From NCBI GenBank assembly GCA_963742115.1, contig CAVUKQ010000004.1, positions 582,582 through 646,581 of the forward strand: 64,000 nucleotides of DNA. The letters run 5' to 3'. The stretch's first letter is position 1, and each line of letters begins with the position of its first letter. Below, piece after piece: positions 30,240 to 40,529 of the stretch. A model generated the notes under the pieces. The model did not search any database. It saw nothing but the letters and a program-made list of their open reading frames with translations, and had not been told where the DNA came from. The stretch comes from an uncultured Gammaproteobacteria bacterium. Its GTDB lineage: Bacteria; Pseudomonadota; Gammaproteobacteria; Steroidobacterales; Rariloculaceae. The position numbers were made by a program, and so were the translations under genes.

Positions 30240-30791
30240 ATGGAACGCTTTCGATCGAGCAAGGACTCCAGCGCGAGGCGCGTGACGGAACCCGGAGCGG
30301 ATCAGTCGTACGCGCCGGGACCGCAAGATCGGTTCGGGCCCGAACCTGCGCACGCCAATGACGCCGCGGCCGCGTGGTCGGTGCTCGGCAAGACACTCGT
30401 ATTCAAGGGCGAGCTCACGGCCAACGAGGATCTCCTGATCCAGGGGCGCGTCGAAGGGTCGATCACTCAGACCGCCAGTCAACTCGCGATCGGCGCGCAC
30501 GGCGACGTGAAGGGCGACATCACGGGGCAGCGGGTGATCATCCAGGGCACGCTCGAAGGCGACGTTCACGCGGTGGAGTCGATCGCCATCGAGGCTTCAG
30601 CGAACGTGCGCGGCAATCTCTACGCCCCACACGTCACGCTGAAGGACGGCGCGAAATTCCGCGGCAGCATCGACATGGAAACCGGCAACGACGGCTCGGG
30701 CGACACGCAGCGCCTGCCGCGGCCGACGTCGAAGGGCTCGAAATCGAAAGACGATCTGAGCGCGGACAGCGTCGACGACATCCTCGGCTAG
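30240..30791 (+). CDS. Bactofilin (polymer-forming cytoskeletal protein)
   Basis: GGAGG RBS; SVLGKTL.FKGEL...EDL.I.G.VEG, G.V.G.I, GAKFRGSIDM. Confidence 0.9.
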   Translation: MERFRSSKDSSARRVTEPGADQSYAPGPQDRFGPEPAHANDAAAAWSVLGKTLVFKGELTANEDLLIQGRVEGSITQTASQLAIGAHGDVKGDITGQRVIIQGTLEGDVHAVESIAIEASANVRGNLYAPHVTLKDGAKFRGSIDMETGNDGSGDTQRLPRPTSKGSKSKDDLSADSVDDILG

Positions 30792-30833
30792 TACCGCGAC
30801 CGCCTTTCGGCCGCACCACGAGGCACCGATCGT

Positions 30834-30907
30834 CTCGTTCGGATGTTTCCGCGGAAGCGTGAACGATCTCGGTGCAAAGTCCCTCCGCGGAGGGATTTCA
30901 CGCCGCC
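30834..30907. repeat. 74-bp double-palindrome element, copy 1
   Basis: 67/74 identical to 45027-45100 by manual alignment; TTCCGCGGAA and TCCCTCCGCGGAGGGA palindromes. Confidence 0.9.
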
Positions 30908-30990
30908 CGCCGCGTCGTCATCGCGCGGTGCGGTCGGCGATTTCCATGCCCGGAGTCTAACCTTCGGCGCTTTCACCGAGTCAACACCGA
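30834..30990 (-). mobile_element. Putative non-autonomous (gene-deleted) Uma2 cassette
   Basis: TTGACT-19-TAGACT-6-ATG, leader MEIADRTAR-stop overlapping ATGACGACG, fused to the 74-bp element; 5' part homologous to 35711-35800. Confidence 0.6.
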
Positions 30991-31067
30991 AACCCACGGA
31001 ACCACGGCAATTCGGCGCCACTGCCCCGCGGACGGCGCCGCGCCGCGGCCAAAGCTGCGAACGGCTT

Positions 31068-32153
31068 CTAGTCCGTGGCCGGCTCGACGAATTCCACGAG
31101 GACGCCGTCCGCATCGATCGCGAACACGAACCGGCCGAACGGCCGTTGGATCGGTCTCGCGTCAACGCTCAAGAAGCGATACCCGGCGCTCTTGGTTCGA
31201 TCGAGCAACGCGTCGAGCCCCGTGACTTGAAGTTGGAATTGCGGCGCGCCGACGTCTTGGATCTTCCAATGAAACGGGTTCGCGGGCTGAGCGGCCCCAG
31301 CGGGCAGGTCGAATTCGGCGATCTCCACGACGACGCGGGTGCCGGGAATCACGGCCGGCGTCAGAGTGAGCCCGCCTTCGGCGAGGCCGTGCACGCGCAA
31401 CTCGGCCGCCGGCGCGCGGCGCGTAGCGCCGGTCTCGAAGCCGAGGAGACCGCGGTAGAACGCGAGCGCCGTGGAAGTATCCGCCACCGTAATTCCGATC
31501 GCGGTGCCGATCACTTCACCCGGCGACTCCGCAGCCGCAATCTGCGCGGGCGTTGCCTGGAACACTTGGACGAGATAGCCGTCCGTGTCGCGAACGAGAA
31601 CGGTGCGCCCGATCGGCGTATCGAGCGGCGCCCCGCCGAGCGTGACGACGGGCGCTCCCGCGGCCGTCAAGCGAGCTAAGACGCCCGCCAAATCGCGAAC
31701 CGCGAAGATCAGCGTCGAGGCGCCCGGGTCCCATGGATTCGCGCGCCGCTCGCTGCGCGGGATATCGAAGAACTCCGAGAGCTCCAGGCCGAACGGAGTG
31801 TTGGCCGCGCGCATGAACACGGTGCGGGCGCGCGAGCCCTTGGTGTCCGTCAGGTCCCAGATCAGCGAATCCGAACGGGCCTCCGCTGCCGGGCGAATCG
31901 CTTCGGGCGCAGCACCTTGCGGCGCGGGCCCTGCGAACGGCGACCGCGCCAGCTCGATCCCAAAGATGTCCCGATAGAACGCGAAGCTGCGCTCCGCGTC
32001 GCCGGTCGTGTGTACCCAGTGGTAGATGCCGCGGACCACGGCCGGCGATGGTGCGGCTTGCGTCGTGCGCGGCGGCTGCGCCCATGCGTGCGGCGAGAGT
32101 GGCACGACTGCCAAGGCCGCGCACAGGAGCCCAAGCTTGCACCGGCGAGTCAT
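31068..32153 (-). CDS. Exported two-domain VOC/glyoxalase-family protein
   Basis: Signal peptide; D.ERSFAFYRD.FG, RDTDGYLVQV, DADGVLVEFVE; ATGA overlap with sirtuin stop. Confidence 0.8.
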   Translation of the reverse strand: MTRRCKLGLLCAALAVVPLSPHAWAQPPRTTQAAPSPAVVRGIYHWVHTTGDAERSFAFYRDIFGIELARSPFAGPAPQGAAPEAIRPAAEARSDSLIWDLTDTKGSRARTVFMRAANTPFGLELSEFFDIPRSERRANPWDPGASTLIFAVRDLAGVLARLTAAGAPVVTLGGAPLDTPIGRTVLVRDTDGYLVQVFQATPAQIAAAESPGEVIGTAIGITVADTSTALAFYRGLLGFETGATRRAPAAELRVHGLAEGGLTLTPAVIPGTRVVVEIAEFDLPAGAAQPANPFHWKIQDVGAPQFQLQVTGLDALLDRTKSAGYRFLSVDARPIQRPFGRFVFAIDADGVLVEFVEPATD

Positions 32154-33088
32154 CGACGAATCCGATCGGACCGCGTGAATTCGCGTCCGATTGCGGCTGA
32201 TGCGCTTTCCGCTGTTAGAAACGCGAGCGCGTCCGCGCAAGGTTCCGCGACCTTCAGCGAGAGCAGGTGGTCGGCACGAGTCGTACCCAAGTTCACGGCA
32301 GCGATCGGCTTGCCGAGCTCCGCCATCGCTTTCGCGAAGCGATAGCCCGAGTACACCATCAGCGACGAGCCGACCACCAACATCGCGTCCGCGCGTTCGA
32401 CGGCGGCCATTGCGCGGCTCACGCGATCCTTCGGCACGCTCTCGCCGAAGAACACCACGTCGGGCTTCAGCAGGCCGCCGCATGCGTCGCAGCCCGGCAC
32501 GTCGAAGGACGCGAAGTCCGCATCGTCGAGATCGGCGTCGCCGTCGGGCGCTTCGGCTGCGACGAGATCCACGAAAGTTGGGTTGCGCTTCGTGAGCTCC
32601 GCTTGCAGGTGCGCGCGCGGCAGGCGGCTCGCGCACGTCATGCAGCGCACGACGTCGACGCGGCCGTGCAGATCGATCACGTTCCTGCTGCCGGCCGCTT
32701 GGTGCAGCCCGTCGACGTTTTGGGTGACGAGCTGCTCGATGCAGCCCGCGTTCTCGAGCGCGGCCAGCGAGCGATGCGCGTCGTTCGGCGTCGCGCCGCT
32801 CATGCGGCGCCAGCCTACTAGGCTTCGGGCCCAATAGCGTTTGCGCGTGTGCTCGCTCGCGAGGAAGGATTGCAGCATCACGGGGCGGGCGCGGCGCTTC
32901 CATTCGCCGTTGCCGTCGCGGTAGTCCGGGATTCCCGACGCCGTGCTGCAGCCCGCGCCGGTGAGCACGAACAGGCGGCGGTGGGCGGCGAGAAACGCTT
33001 GCAGGGTGTGCGGCATTCGCGGCGCGGTGCTCAGTCGCCGCTCAGCAGCACCTTGGACGGGGACGTGCTTGATTGAAACCGTGGGCAT
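32150..33088 (-). CDS. cobB: NAD-dependent protein deacylase, class II (SIRT4-like) sirtuin
   Basis: GAGCSTASGIPDYR, YWARS, TQNVDGLH, DLHG, CxxC...CxxC, KPDVVFFGE, GSSL. Confidence 0.9.
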   Translation of the reverse strand: MPTVSIKHVPVQGAAERRLSTAPRMPHTLQAFLAAHRRLFVLTGAGCSTASGIPDYRDGNGEWKRRARPVMLQSFLASEHTRKRYWARSLVGWRRMSGATPNDAHRSLAALENAGCIEQLVTQNVDGLHQAAGSRNVIDLHGRVDVVRCMTCASRLPRAHLQAELTKRNPTFVDLVAAEAPDGDADLDDADFASFDVPGCDACGGLLKPDVVFFGESVPKDRVSRAMAAVERADAMLVVGSSLMVYSGYRFAKAMAELGKPIAAVNLGTTRADHLLSLKVAEPCADALAFLTAESASAAIGREFTRSDRIRR

Positions 33089-33147
33089 CGCGGTTGGCTC
33101 CGTTTATGAAACCATAATGGAGCCAACCTGCGCCCAATTTCAAACGC

Positions 33148-33498
33148 TCATTGTTTGGCCGGCATCTCGAACAGCTGATAGATCTCGCAAGTCCCCTGGC
33201 CTGCGACGCCGAGAAACCGCCGCGTGTGCTCCACGATTTCCTCTTTGGAGCTCGCCTTGAGCAAGGCGTAGCCGCCGATCACTTCCTTGGCTTCGGTGAA
33301 CGGGCCGTCGGTGACTGTCACCTTGCCGCCGGCGCTCTTGTGCACGCGGACGCCGGTCTGGCCGAAGCTCACGCCCTCGGTCGCGAGGAGCCAGCCCTCT
33401 TTCATTGCGTCTTGGACGAGTTTGCCCATGTTGGCCATCTCGGCCTGCGTGGGCTGACGATTCGTGGGCTCGTGCGTGAAGATACTGATGAAGCGCAT
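33148..33498 (-). CDS. YciI/DGPF family protein
   Basis: GAGGAGG RBS; VTDGPFTEAKEVIGGY. Confidence 0.9.
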   Translation of the reverse strand: MRFISIFTHEPTNRQPTQAEMANMGKLVQDAMKEGWLLATEGVSFGQTGVRVHKSAGGKVTVTDGPFTEAKEVIGGYALLKASSKEEIVEHTRRFLGVAGQGTCEIYQLFEMPAKQ

Positions 33499-33540
33499 GA
33501 TTACCCTCCTCTGGGTAGTTTTATTTGTGTACACCACTAC

Positions 33541-33574
33541 GTCGATCGACCGAGCACGGAATCGACACGTCCGG
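33541..33574 (-). promoter_or_regulatory. ECF42-type promoter (TGTCGA...CGAC)
   Basis: TGTCGA at 33567-33562, CGAC at 33544-33541, upstream of the DGPF gene; 20-mer shared with 41286-41305. Confidence 0.6.
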
Positions 33575-33674
33575 CGAAATCTTTTTTGGGCAGCCCGCGG
33601 CCGTTGGCCGCGCTGCTGACGCATGAGAATCGCGCGGCGCGCCGCCTGACCCGCGACGGCGAGCCGGGCGCGGG

Positions 33675-35333
33675 TCAGGCCGCGCCGAGGCCCGCGTCGA
33701 CGATGAGCTTCGCCTCGCGCTGCACGCGGCGCAGGTGCTCTGCGCCGAGGAACGACTCCGCGTAGATCTTGTACACGTCCTCGGTGCCGCTCGGCCGCGC
33801 CGCGAACCACGCGTTCGCGGTGGCGACCTTCACGCCCCCGATCGCGGCGTCGTTGCCGGGCGCGCGCGACAGCTTCGCCGTAATTGTTTCTCCCGCGAGC
33901 TCGGTGGCCGTGACCGCGGCGCCGTCGAGCTTACCGAGCGCGGCCTTCTGCGCGGGCGTGGCCGCGGCGTCGACGCGCTCGTAGGCCGGGCTCCCGTGCT
34001 CGACGGTGAGGTCGGTATAGAGCTGCGACGGCGTCTTGCCCGTCACCGCGAGGATCTCGGCGGCCAAAAGACACAGCAGGATGCCGTCCTTGTCCGTCGT
34101 CCACACCGTGCCGTCGCGACGCAGGAACGAGGCGCCGGCGCTCTCCTCGCCGCCGAACGCGACCGAGCCGTCGACGAGGCCCGGCACGAACCATTTGAAT
34201 CCAACCGGCACTTCCCACACGCGGCGGCCGAGCGACGCGCCGACGCGATCGATCATCGAGCTCGACACGAGCGTCTTGCCGATCGCCGCGCTCGCGGGCC
34301 ATTGCGGGCGGTTCGTATAGAGATAACGAATCGCGACCGCGAGGTAGTGGTTCGGGTTCATGAGGCCCGCATCGGGCGTGACGATACCGTGCCGATCCGC
34401 GTCCGCGTCGTTGCCCGTGAGCAGGTCGAAGTCGTGGCGGCGCGCGAGCACGCTCGCCATCGCGGACGGGCTCGACGGATCCATCCGGATTTTGCCGTCC
34501 CAATCGAGCGTCATGAACGCCCATTTCGGATCGACGTTCGGATTCACGACGGTGATGTCGAGCTCGTAACGATCGCGGATCGCGGCCCAGTAGTTCACGG
34601 ACGCGCCGCCGAGCGGGTCCGCGCCGAGCCGCACACCGGCCTTTCTGATCGCCGCGACGTCGATGATGTTCTCGAGCTCCGCGACGTAGCGGCCGCGGAA
34701 GTCGTAGGTCTCTGCGTTGGCCTTGGCGTCTTTCGGCGCCGCCGCGCGGCGCACGTCGCGCAAACCGCCCGCGATCAGCTCGTTCGCGCGCTTCGCGATC
34801 CAGCTCGTCGCGGCGGAATCCGCGGGACCGCCGTGCGGCGGGTTGTACTTGAAGCCGCCGTCGCTCGGCGGGTTGTGGCTCGGCGTGATGACGATGCCGT
34901 CCGCCACGTCGCCGCGCGGCCACGCGATCCCGTTCAGCTTGCCGCGGTTGTACGTGAGGATCGCGAGCGACAACGCGGGCGTCGGCACGAAATCGTCGTG
35001 CGAGTCCACGAGGGCGCGAACATGGTTCGCCGCGAGCACCTCGAGCGCCGTTTGCAGCGCGGGCGCGCTCAACGCGTGCGTGTCGGCGCCCAAGAACAAT
35101 GGGCCCGCGATGCCTTGCTCCGCGCGGTACTCGACGATCGCTTGAGTGATCGCGGCGATGTGATCGTCGTTGAACGACGTGGCGAGGCTCGAGCCGCGGT
35201 GCCCCGAAGTGCCGAACGCCACGCGCTGCTCCGGGATCGAGACGTCGGGCTTGCGGCGTCGGTACGCCTCGAGCAGCGCGTCGACGTCGATGAGGTCGGA
35301 GGGCTTTGCGGGGGTGCCTGCGCGTGTGTTCAT
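33675..35333 (-). CDS. pgm: Phosphoglucomutase, alpha-D-glucose-phosphate-specific
   Basis: FGTSGHRG, TPSHNP, DADADRHG, GEESAG, RPSGTE. Confidence 0.95.
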   Translation of the reverse strand: MNTRAGTPAKPSDLIDVDALLEAYRRRKPDVSIPEQRVAFGTSGHRGSSLATSFNDDHIAAITQAIVEYRAEQGIAGPLFLGADTHALSAPALQTALEVLAANHVRALVDSHDDFVPTPALSLAILTYNRGKLNGIAWPRGDVADGIVITPSHNPPSDGGFKYNPPHGGPADSAATSWIAKRANELIAGGLRDVRRAAAPKDAKANAETYDFRGRYVAELENIIDVAAIRKAGVRLGADPLGGASVNYWAAIRDRYELDITVVNPNVDPKWAFMTLDWDGKIRMDPSSPSAMASVLARRHDFDLLTGNDADADRHGIVTPDAGLMNPNHYLAVAIRYLYTNRPQWPASAAIGKTLVSSSMIDRVGASLGRRVWEVPVGFKWFVPGLVDGSVAFGGEESAGASFLRRDGTVWTTDKDGILLCLLAAEILAVTGKTPSQLYTDLTVEHGSPAYERVDAAATPAQKAALGKLDGAAVTATELAGETITAKLSRAPGNDAAIGGVKVATANAWFAARPSGTEDVYKIYAESFLGAEHLRRVQREAKLIVDAGLGAA

Positions 35334-35366
35334 TCGCGGATTATCGCCCAGACTTTGGCACGAAGC

Positions 35367-35720
35367 TCAATCGTGCCGCAGCGGGAGACCAACGGATTCG
35401 GCTAACGCGAGCGTCATGAAGGCGTCCGCCGGCAACCGCGGCACGCGTTCGCGACGCCAACCGGCGAGATCCGGAACGAGCACGTCATTGCCGAAATGCA
35501 GCTCCGGCTCGTAGTAGATTACCCACCCGCCCGGACCATTGCGCCCGTGGTCAAATCGAACCCCGAGCGCGCCACCGAGCACGGAAGCGGCGCGAGCGTG
35601 CGGCATCGCCGGTCGCGGGGTCGCATAGAGCTCGCCGTCGAACATCTCGGCCACGAAGTGGTCGGGAACGTCGCGCAGGTCGTCGTATGTCGCGCCCTTC
35701 TTCAACGGCTTCGTGGTCAT
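35367..35720 (-). pseudogene. Uma2-family (PD-(D/E)xK) endonuclease, 3'-truncated near 35405
   Basis: ATYDDL..VP...VAE..DGEL...PRP..PH, GPGGW....EPELH, VPDLAGWRRER; ends before the expected PDW.CEVLSP segment. Confidence 0.8.
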
Positions 35721-35795
35721 CGCGCGAACTTGAGCGAGCCGGTGCGGTGCGCTGGCATGGGACGAGTCTAACGCCCGCCGCTTTCAGCGAGTCAA
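35717..35795 (-). promoter_or_regulatory. Uma2 promoter and 13-aa leader ORF coupled to the Uma2 start
   Basis: TTGACT 35795-35790, 19 nt, TAGACT 35770-35765, ATG 35758, MPAHRTGSLKFAR, TGA overlapping Uma2 ATG. Confidence 0.55.
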
Positions 35796-35920
35796 TACCG
35801 TGAATCTGGCGCAAAGCGCCAGGAAATTTCGGCTGGCACACCCGCGCGCGAGCACTGACGGCCCGTTGCGATCTGCAGTAATCTTCGTGCGCGGAGAACA
35901 AGAACACCCGGGGGTATCCA

Positions 35921-37425
35921 ATGAAGCCAACGAATCTATTCGCGAGTCTCGCGCTCATCGCGCTCGCATGCGCGCCGGCGCACGCCCAAGAACCGCCGCA
36001 AGCGCGTGCGCTGCTCGACGCGGCCGCGGCCGCGATGGGCGGCCGCGAGCGGATCGAGCAGCTCGCGAACCTCGTGATGACCGGGTTCGGCCAACGCTAC
36101 AATTTCAACGGCAACACGAGCGCCGATCCGAATTCGCCGCCGAAGTGGCAAGCCGTCGCGACCAGCGAGCGCTACTTCGATCTCGCGAGCCAGCGCGCGC
36201 TGATTCGCGAGCGCGCGAGCAACATGTTTCCGTTCGCCGCGCCGTTCGGCATGTCTTGGGACCCGCGTGACAGGCTCCAGACCGGTGTCACGCTGCTCGA
36301 TCATCCGCTGCCGGCGCTGCGCGCGGCGCTCAAGTCCGCGCAGCTCGGCCCCGTCGAGATCGAGGACGGCATGGCCGTCGTCTCGTTCAAGCTCGCGGAC
36401 GGCGCTAACGCGTGGATCGCACTCGACCCGCGCACTCATCTGCCCTATTGGACGCGCTGGATCAGCGCGAGCGGCACGCTCGGCGACCTGACGAACACCG
36501 CGTACTTCACGGGCTACTTGCCGTTCGACGGCCTGTCGCTGCCTACCGGGATCATGGCGCGGATCGACTGGCGCAACCAAGTCACGCAGATGTTCCAGGT
36601 CGATTCCTACCGGCTAAACGTGTCGGCCTTGCCGACGTTCCCGGCCGCCAACGGCTTGGCGACTCGGGAAGCTGCAGGGCCGCCCGAGGTTCGCACGACC
36701 AAGCTCGCCGACGGCGTCTGGGACGTGCGCATCGCGAACGGCAGCGGCGGCGCCGTGATCGAGTTCGCCGACCATCTCGTGATGTTCGAGCCGTACGGGA
36801 ACGAGGCCGAGACTCTCGCGCGGATCGACGCGGCGAACCGCCTCGTGCGCGGCAAGCAGGTCACCGCCACCGTCGTGAGCCATCACCACGACGATCACGC
36901 GGGCGGCTTGCGGGCGGCCGTCGCACGCGGCCTCACGATCATCGCGCAGAGCAGGACGCAAGCGCTGTTCGAGGAATGGGTGGCGCGGCCCGCGGTGCTA
37001 TTCCCCGACGCGCTCGCGCGCAATCCGCGCCCGCTCGACTTCACGCCCGTGGACGAGAAGCTCGTCTTGGAGGACGCGAAGCACCGCCTCGAGGTCTACC
37101 ATGCCGTCGGCGACTTCCACATGTCGGACGCGCTGATCGCGTATCTCCCGAAAGAGAAGATCATCATGGAAGGCGACTTCACGGACGAAGGCTGGACCTT
37201 CAACTGGTGGGCCGGGGCGATGCAGGCGAACATCGCGCTCTACGGTCTCGACCCCAAGCTCGACGTCCCGGTGCACGGCACGCCGCAATCGCTCGACGAG
37301 AAGCTCGCGGGCGCGCAGAAGCAGGTGGAGACCGCGCAGCGCTTCTGCGCGGAAGCGAGGCGCGCGGGAGTTATCCGTTCGGCTGCCCGGTGCGGTATTC
37401 GACGACCGGGGCGGTCGCGCAGTAA
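35921..37425 (+). CDS. Exported MBL-fold hydrolase; probable 1-base deletion near 37371 (ORF track ends at 37489)
   Basis: Signal peptide; SHHHDDHAGG, HM, GD, PVHG; alternative frame gives YPFGCPVRY...stop at 37425 and avoids overlap with the next gene. Confidence 0.8.
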
Positions 37426-37481
37426 CCGGCAAACCGAGGCTTGGGTTCGACCAACGCCGAACGTTGGGGGAAACATCGCGA

Positions 37482-39410
37482 ATGTTTAACGGGGAACCCA
37501 CGGCGCGCACGTTCTGGTGCGCTGCCGCGATCGGTCTCGCGTGCCAGGCCACCGCCGTGGTCGCTGCGCCGCCGGCCGCCGACTGGCCGATGTACAGCCG
37601 GGACTACGCGGGCACGCGCTTCTCTCCGCTGACCGAGATCACCCCGAAAAACGTCGGCCGCCTCGCACAAGCGTGGTCGGCGCCGGTCGCGCGAGCCCCG
37701 GACGACAAGAGCGACGCGCCGGGCGACAGCGGTAATCCACAGGCGACGCCGATCGTCGTCGACGGCGTGATGTATCTGCCGGCACGCGGCAACGAGGTTC
37801 TCGCGCTCGACGCGGCCACGGGCGAGACGCGTTGGCGCACCGTGCTGCCGGCGCCGCTCGCGACCACCGCGCGCGGAGTGGCGTACTGGCCCGGAGACCA
37901 GGCCGCACCGCCGCGCATTTTGCTCACCGCCGGGCCGACGCTCGTGGCGCTCGACGCGCGCTCCGGCGCACCGGTGGACGGCTTCGGCCGCGCCGGCGTC
38001 GTCCAAATCGCCGTGCCGTGGAACGGCGTGCCGCTGATCTACAAAGACATCGCGATCCTCGGCGCGACCAATGGCGAGGTTCAGCTCGCCGAGCCCGGCG
38101 ACAGCCGCGCGTTCGACGTGCGCACGGGCACGCACCTCTGGGACTTTCACACCGTGCCGCTGCCCGGCGAGCGCGGCCACGAAACCTGGCTCGATAACGG
38201 TTGGCGGAACCGCTCCGGCGTGAACGTCTGGGCGTGGTACATGACGCTCGACGAGGACCGCGGGATTCTCTACATGCCGGTCGCGGGACCGGCCGCGAAC
38301 TATTGGGGCGGCGACCGCCCCGGCAACAATCTCTTCGGCAACTCGATCGTCGCCGTCGACGCGACGACGGGCCAATACCGCTGGCACTTTCAAACCGTGC
38401 ATCACGACCTGTGGGACTCGGATTCGCCGAATCCGCCCGTGCTCGTCGACATCGAGCAGCGCGGCAAACGCGTTCCTGCGCTCGCGTCGGTCGGCAAGAC
38501 CGGCTGGATGTTCATCTTGAATCGCGAGACGGGCGAGCCCGTGTTCGGAGTGGAAGAGCGACCCGTGCCGCGGGGCAACGTTCCGGGCGAATGGTACGCG
38601 CCGACGCAACCGTTCCCGGTGAAGCCGCCGCCGCTCGCGCGCGTGGACTTCGACAAGGCGCGCGACATGGTGCGGGCCGAAGACACCTCCGCGCAGCACG
38701 CGGCCGCGTGCGCGGCACTCTGGGAACGCAGCGGCGGCTTCTACAACGCGGGGCCGTTCACGCCTTTCGGGCTGCATCGCGACGGCGACGCCCCGCAGAG
38801 CACGATCCAGTATCCGGGGGGCACGGGCGGCGTGAACTGGGGTGGCGCGGCGGCGGATCCCACCACCGGCTTCGTGTTCGTCAACACGCACGACACGTCG
38901 CTCGTCGGTTGGCTCGAGCTCAAGAAACCTGGCAAGAACTACGGACGCGGCACGCAGGGCGCGACGACGCCGTACGATCGCGCGAGCGTCGACGGCGCCG
39001 GTCCGTACTTCTCCTTCAGTGCGCCGCTCCAAGACGACAGCGGCAAGACGCTCGCGACGCTGCCGTGCAGCCGGCCGCCGTGGTCGCGGCTCGTCGCCGT
39101 GAACGCCAACACAGGCGAGATCGCATGGCAGAGCACACTCGGGTTGACGGAGGCGCTGCCGGAAGACCGGCAGCTCACGGGCGGCAGCGGGAGCGCAGGT
39201 CCCACGGCCACCGCAGGCGGGCTCGTGTTCGTCGGCGCGACGAACGACCGGCGGTTCCGCGCATTCGACGCGAAGAGCGGCCGAGAGCTCTGGGCCGTCA
39301 AGCTCGACGAACAAGTGAACGCGAACCCGATGACGTACCGAGGCGGGGACGGCAAGCAGTACGTCGCCGTCGTGGCCGGAGGCACGCTCGTGGCGTTCGC
39401 GTTACGCTGA
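37482..39410 (+). CDS. Periplasmic PQQ-dependent dehydrogenase (glucose/quinate dehydrogenase-like, no TM anchor)
   Basis: DWPMY, QATP, RGVAYW, FQTVHHDLWD.D, GG.NWGG, GKQYVAV. Confidence 0.9.
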   Translation: MFNGEPTARTFWCAAAIGLACQATAVVAAPPAADWPMYSRDYAGTRFSPLTEITPKNVGRLAQAWSAPVARAPDDKSDAPGDSGNPQATPIVVDGVMYLPARGNEVLALDAATGETRWRTVLPAPLATTARGVAYWPGDQAAPPRILLTAGPTLVALDARSGAPVDGFGRAGVVQIAVPWNGVPLIYKDIAILGATNGEVQLAEPGDSRAFDVRTGTHLWDFHTVPLPGERGHETWLDNGWRNRSGVNVWAWYMTLDEDRGILYMPVAGPAANYWGGDRPGNNLFGNSIVAVDATTGQYRWHFQTVHHDLWDSDSPNPPVLVDIEQRGKRVPALASVGKTGWMFILNRETGEPVFGVEERPVPRGNVPGEWYAPTQPFPVKPPPLARVDFDKARDMVRAEDTSAQHAAACAALWERSGGFYNAGPFTPFGLHRDGDAPQSTIQYPGGTGGVNWGGAAADPTTGFVFVNTHDTSLVGWLELKKPGKNYGRGTQGATTPYDRASVDGAGPYFSFSAPLQDDSGKTLATLPCSRPPWSRLVAVNANTGEIAWQSTLGLTEALPEDRQLTGGSGSAGPTATAGGLVFVGATNDRRFRAFDAKSGRELWAVKLDEQVNANPMTYRGGDGKQYVAVVAGGTLVAFALR

Positions 39411-39445
39411 GCACGCCCGCTCTGCACGACCGGAAGGAGAGCCAC

Positions 39446-40192
39446 ATGAGCCCCACACGCTGGATTCGATCGACTCCGCGACACGCGGCCCAGACGGACC
39501 TCGACCGGCGGCGCGCGCTCGCGAGCCTTTCGGCCTGTGCCGCGACGCTCGCGTTGCCGAACGCGTTCGCGCACGCCGCGACCTGTGTCGTGACGGCGGA
39601 CTCCGGCGAAGGACCGTTCTACTTCGATCCGAAGCTCGTACGATCCGACGTCACTAGCGGGCGAAGCGGCGCACCGCTCGACATCGCGATTCAGATCACG
39701 CGCGCACGCGATTGCGCGCCGCTGGCCGGCGCGCGCCTCGATCTGTGGCAAGCCGATGGCGTCGGCCTCTACTCGGGCTATCGCGACCAGCCCGCCGTCG
39801 GCGGCATTCCGACCGAGCCCACCGTGGGCGCCACGTTCTTGCGCGGCACGCAGCTCGCCGACGCGGACGGCTGGGTGCGTTTCAAGACGATCTACCCGAG
39901 CTGGTACGGCGGGCGCACTCCGCACGTCCACTTCAAGGTGCTGCTCGACGCACGCGAACGCATCGCGAGCCAGATCTTCTTCGATGACGAGATCAACGCC
40001 GAAGTGTTCAAGAGCTGGGATCCGTACCGCGAGCACGTCGCGAAGCGCACCGTGTTCAACGACAGCGATCGGTTTCTCGACTTGAACAAAGACGGAAAGA
40101 TCGACGGCGTGTTTTGCGACGTCGAGCGCTACGACAGCAGCGGCGTGGCGGCGAAGGTCGTGGTGACGGTGGAGAACACGGAGCGCGCGTGA
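39446..40192 (+). CDS. Tat-exported intradiol ring-cleavage dioxygenase-like protein
   Basis: DRRRAL; EGPFY, WQAD..G.YS, LRG.Q, YPSWYGGRTPHVH. Confidence 0.85.
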   Translation: MSPTRWIRSTPRHAAQTDLDRRRALASLSACAATLALPNAFAHAATCVVTADSGEGPFYFDPKLVRSDVTSGRSGAPLDIAIQITRARDCAPLAGARLDLWQADGVGLYSGYRDQPAVGGIPTEPTVGATFLRGTQLADADGWVRFKTIYPSWYGGRTPHVHFKVLLDARERIASQIFFDDEINAEVFKSWDPYREHVAKRTVFNDSDRFLDLNKDGKIDGVFCDVERYDSSGVAAKVVVTVENTERA

Positions 40193-40528
40193 AAACGAGG
40201 ACGCTCATTCTCGGCGCCGGATTCGGCGGGCTCGAGCTCTCGACACAGCTATCGGAAGCGTTGGGCGAGTCGGCCGACGTCACGCTGATCGACAAGAACG
40301 ACAGCTTCATGTTCGGCTTCTCGAAGCTCGACGTGCTGTTCGGCCATGCGGACGCGAAATCCGTGCGCATGCCCTACGAGAAGTTCGTGAAGCCCGGCGT
40401 CCGTTTTCGGCGCGAGACGATCACCGCCATCGACCCGGCGGCGCGGCGCGTGACGACCGACAAGGGCACGTACGAGGCGGACCATCTCGTCGTGGCGCTC
40501 GGCGCCGAGTACGACTTCGCGGCGACAT
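40189..40528 (+). pseudogene. FAD-dependent oxidoreductase (SQR/FccB-like), only the N-terminal part (about 113 aa)
   Basis: LILGAGFGG, VTLIDK, D.LVVALGA, then runs into an antisense VOC fragment. Confidence 0.75.
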
Positions 40529-40529
40529 C

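Noticed and set aside
32150-33088. Sir2 protein as an anti-phage defence NADase
   Set aside because: Full Zn-ribbon class II deacylase signature and no defence partner genes
38398-38430. DSD in the second PQQ enzyme as a lanthanide signature
   Set aside because: HHDLWDxD is standard in the Ca/Mg-dependent glucose/quinate dehydrogenase group
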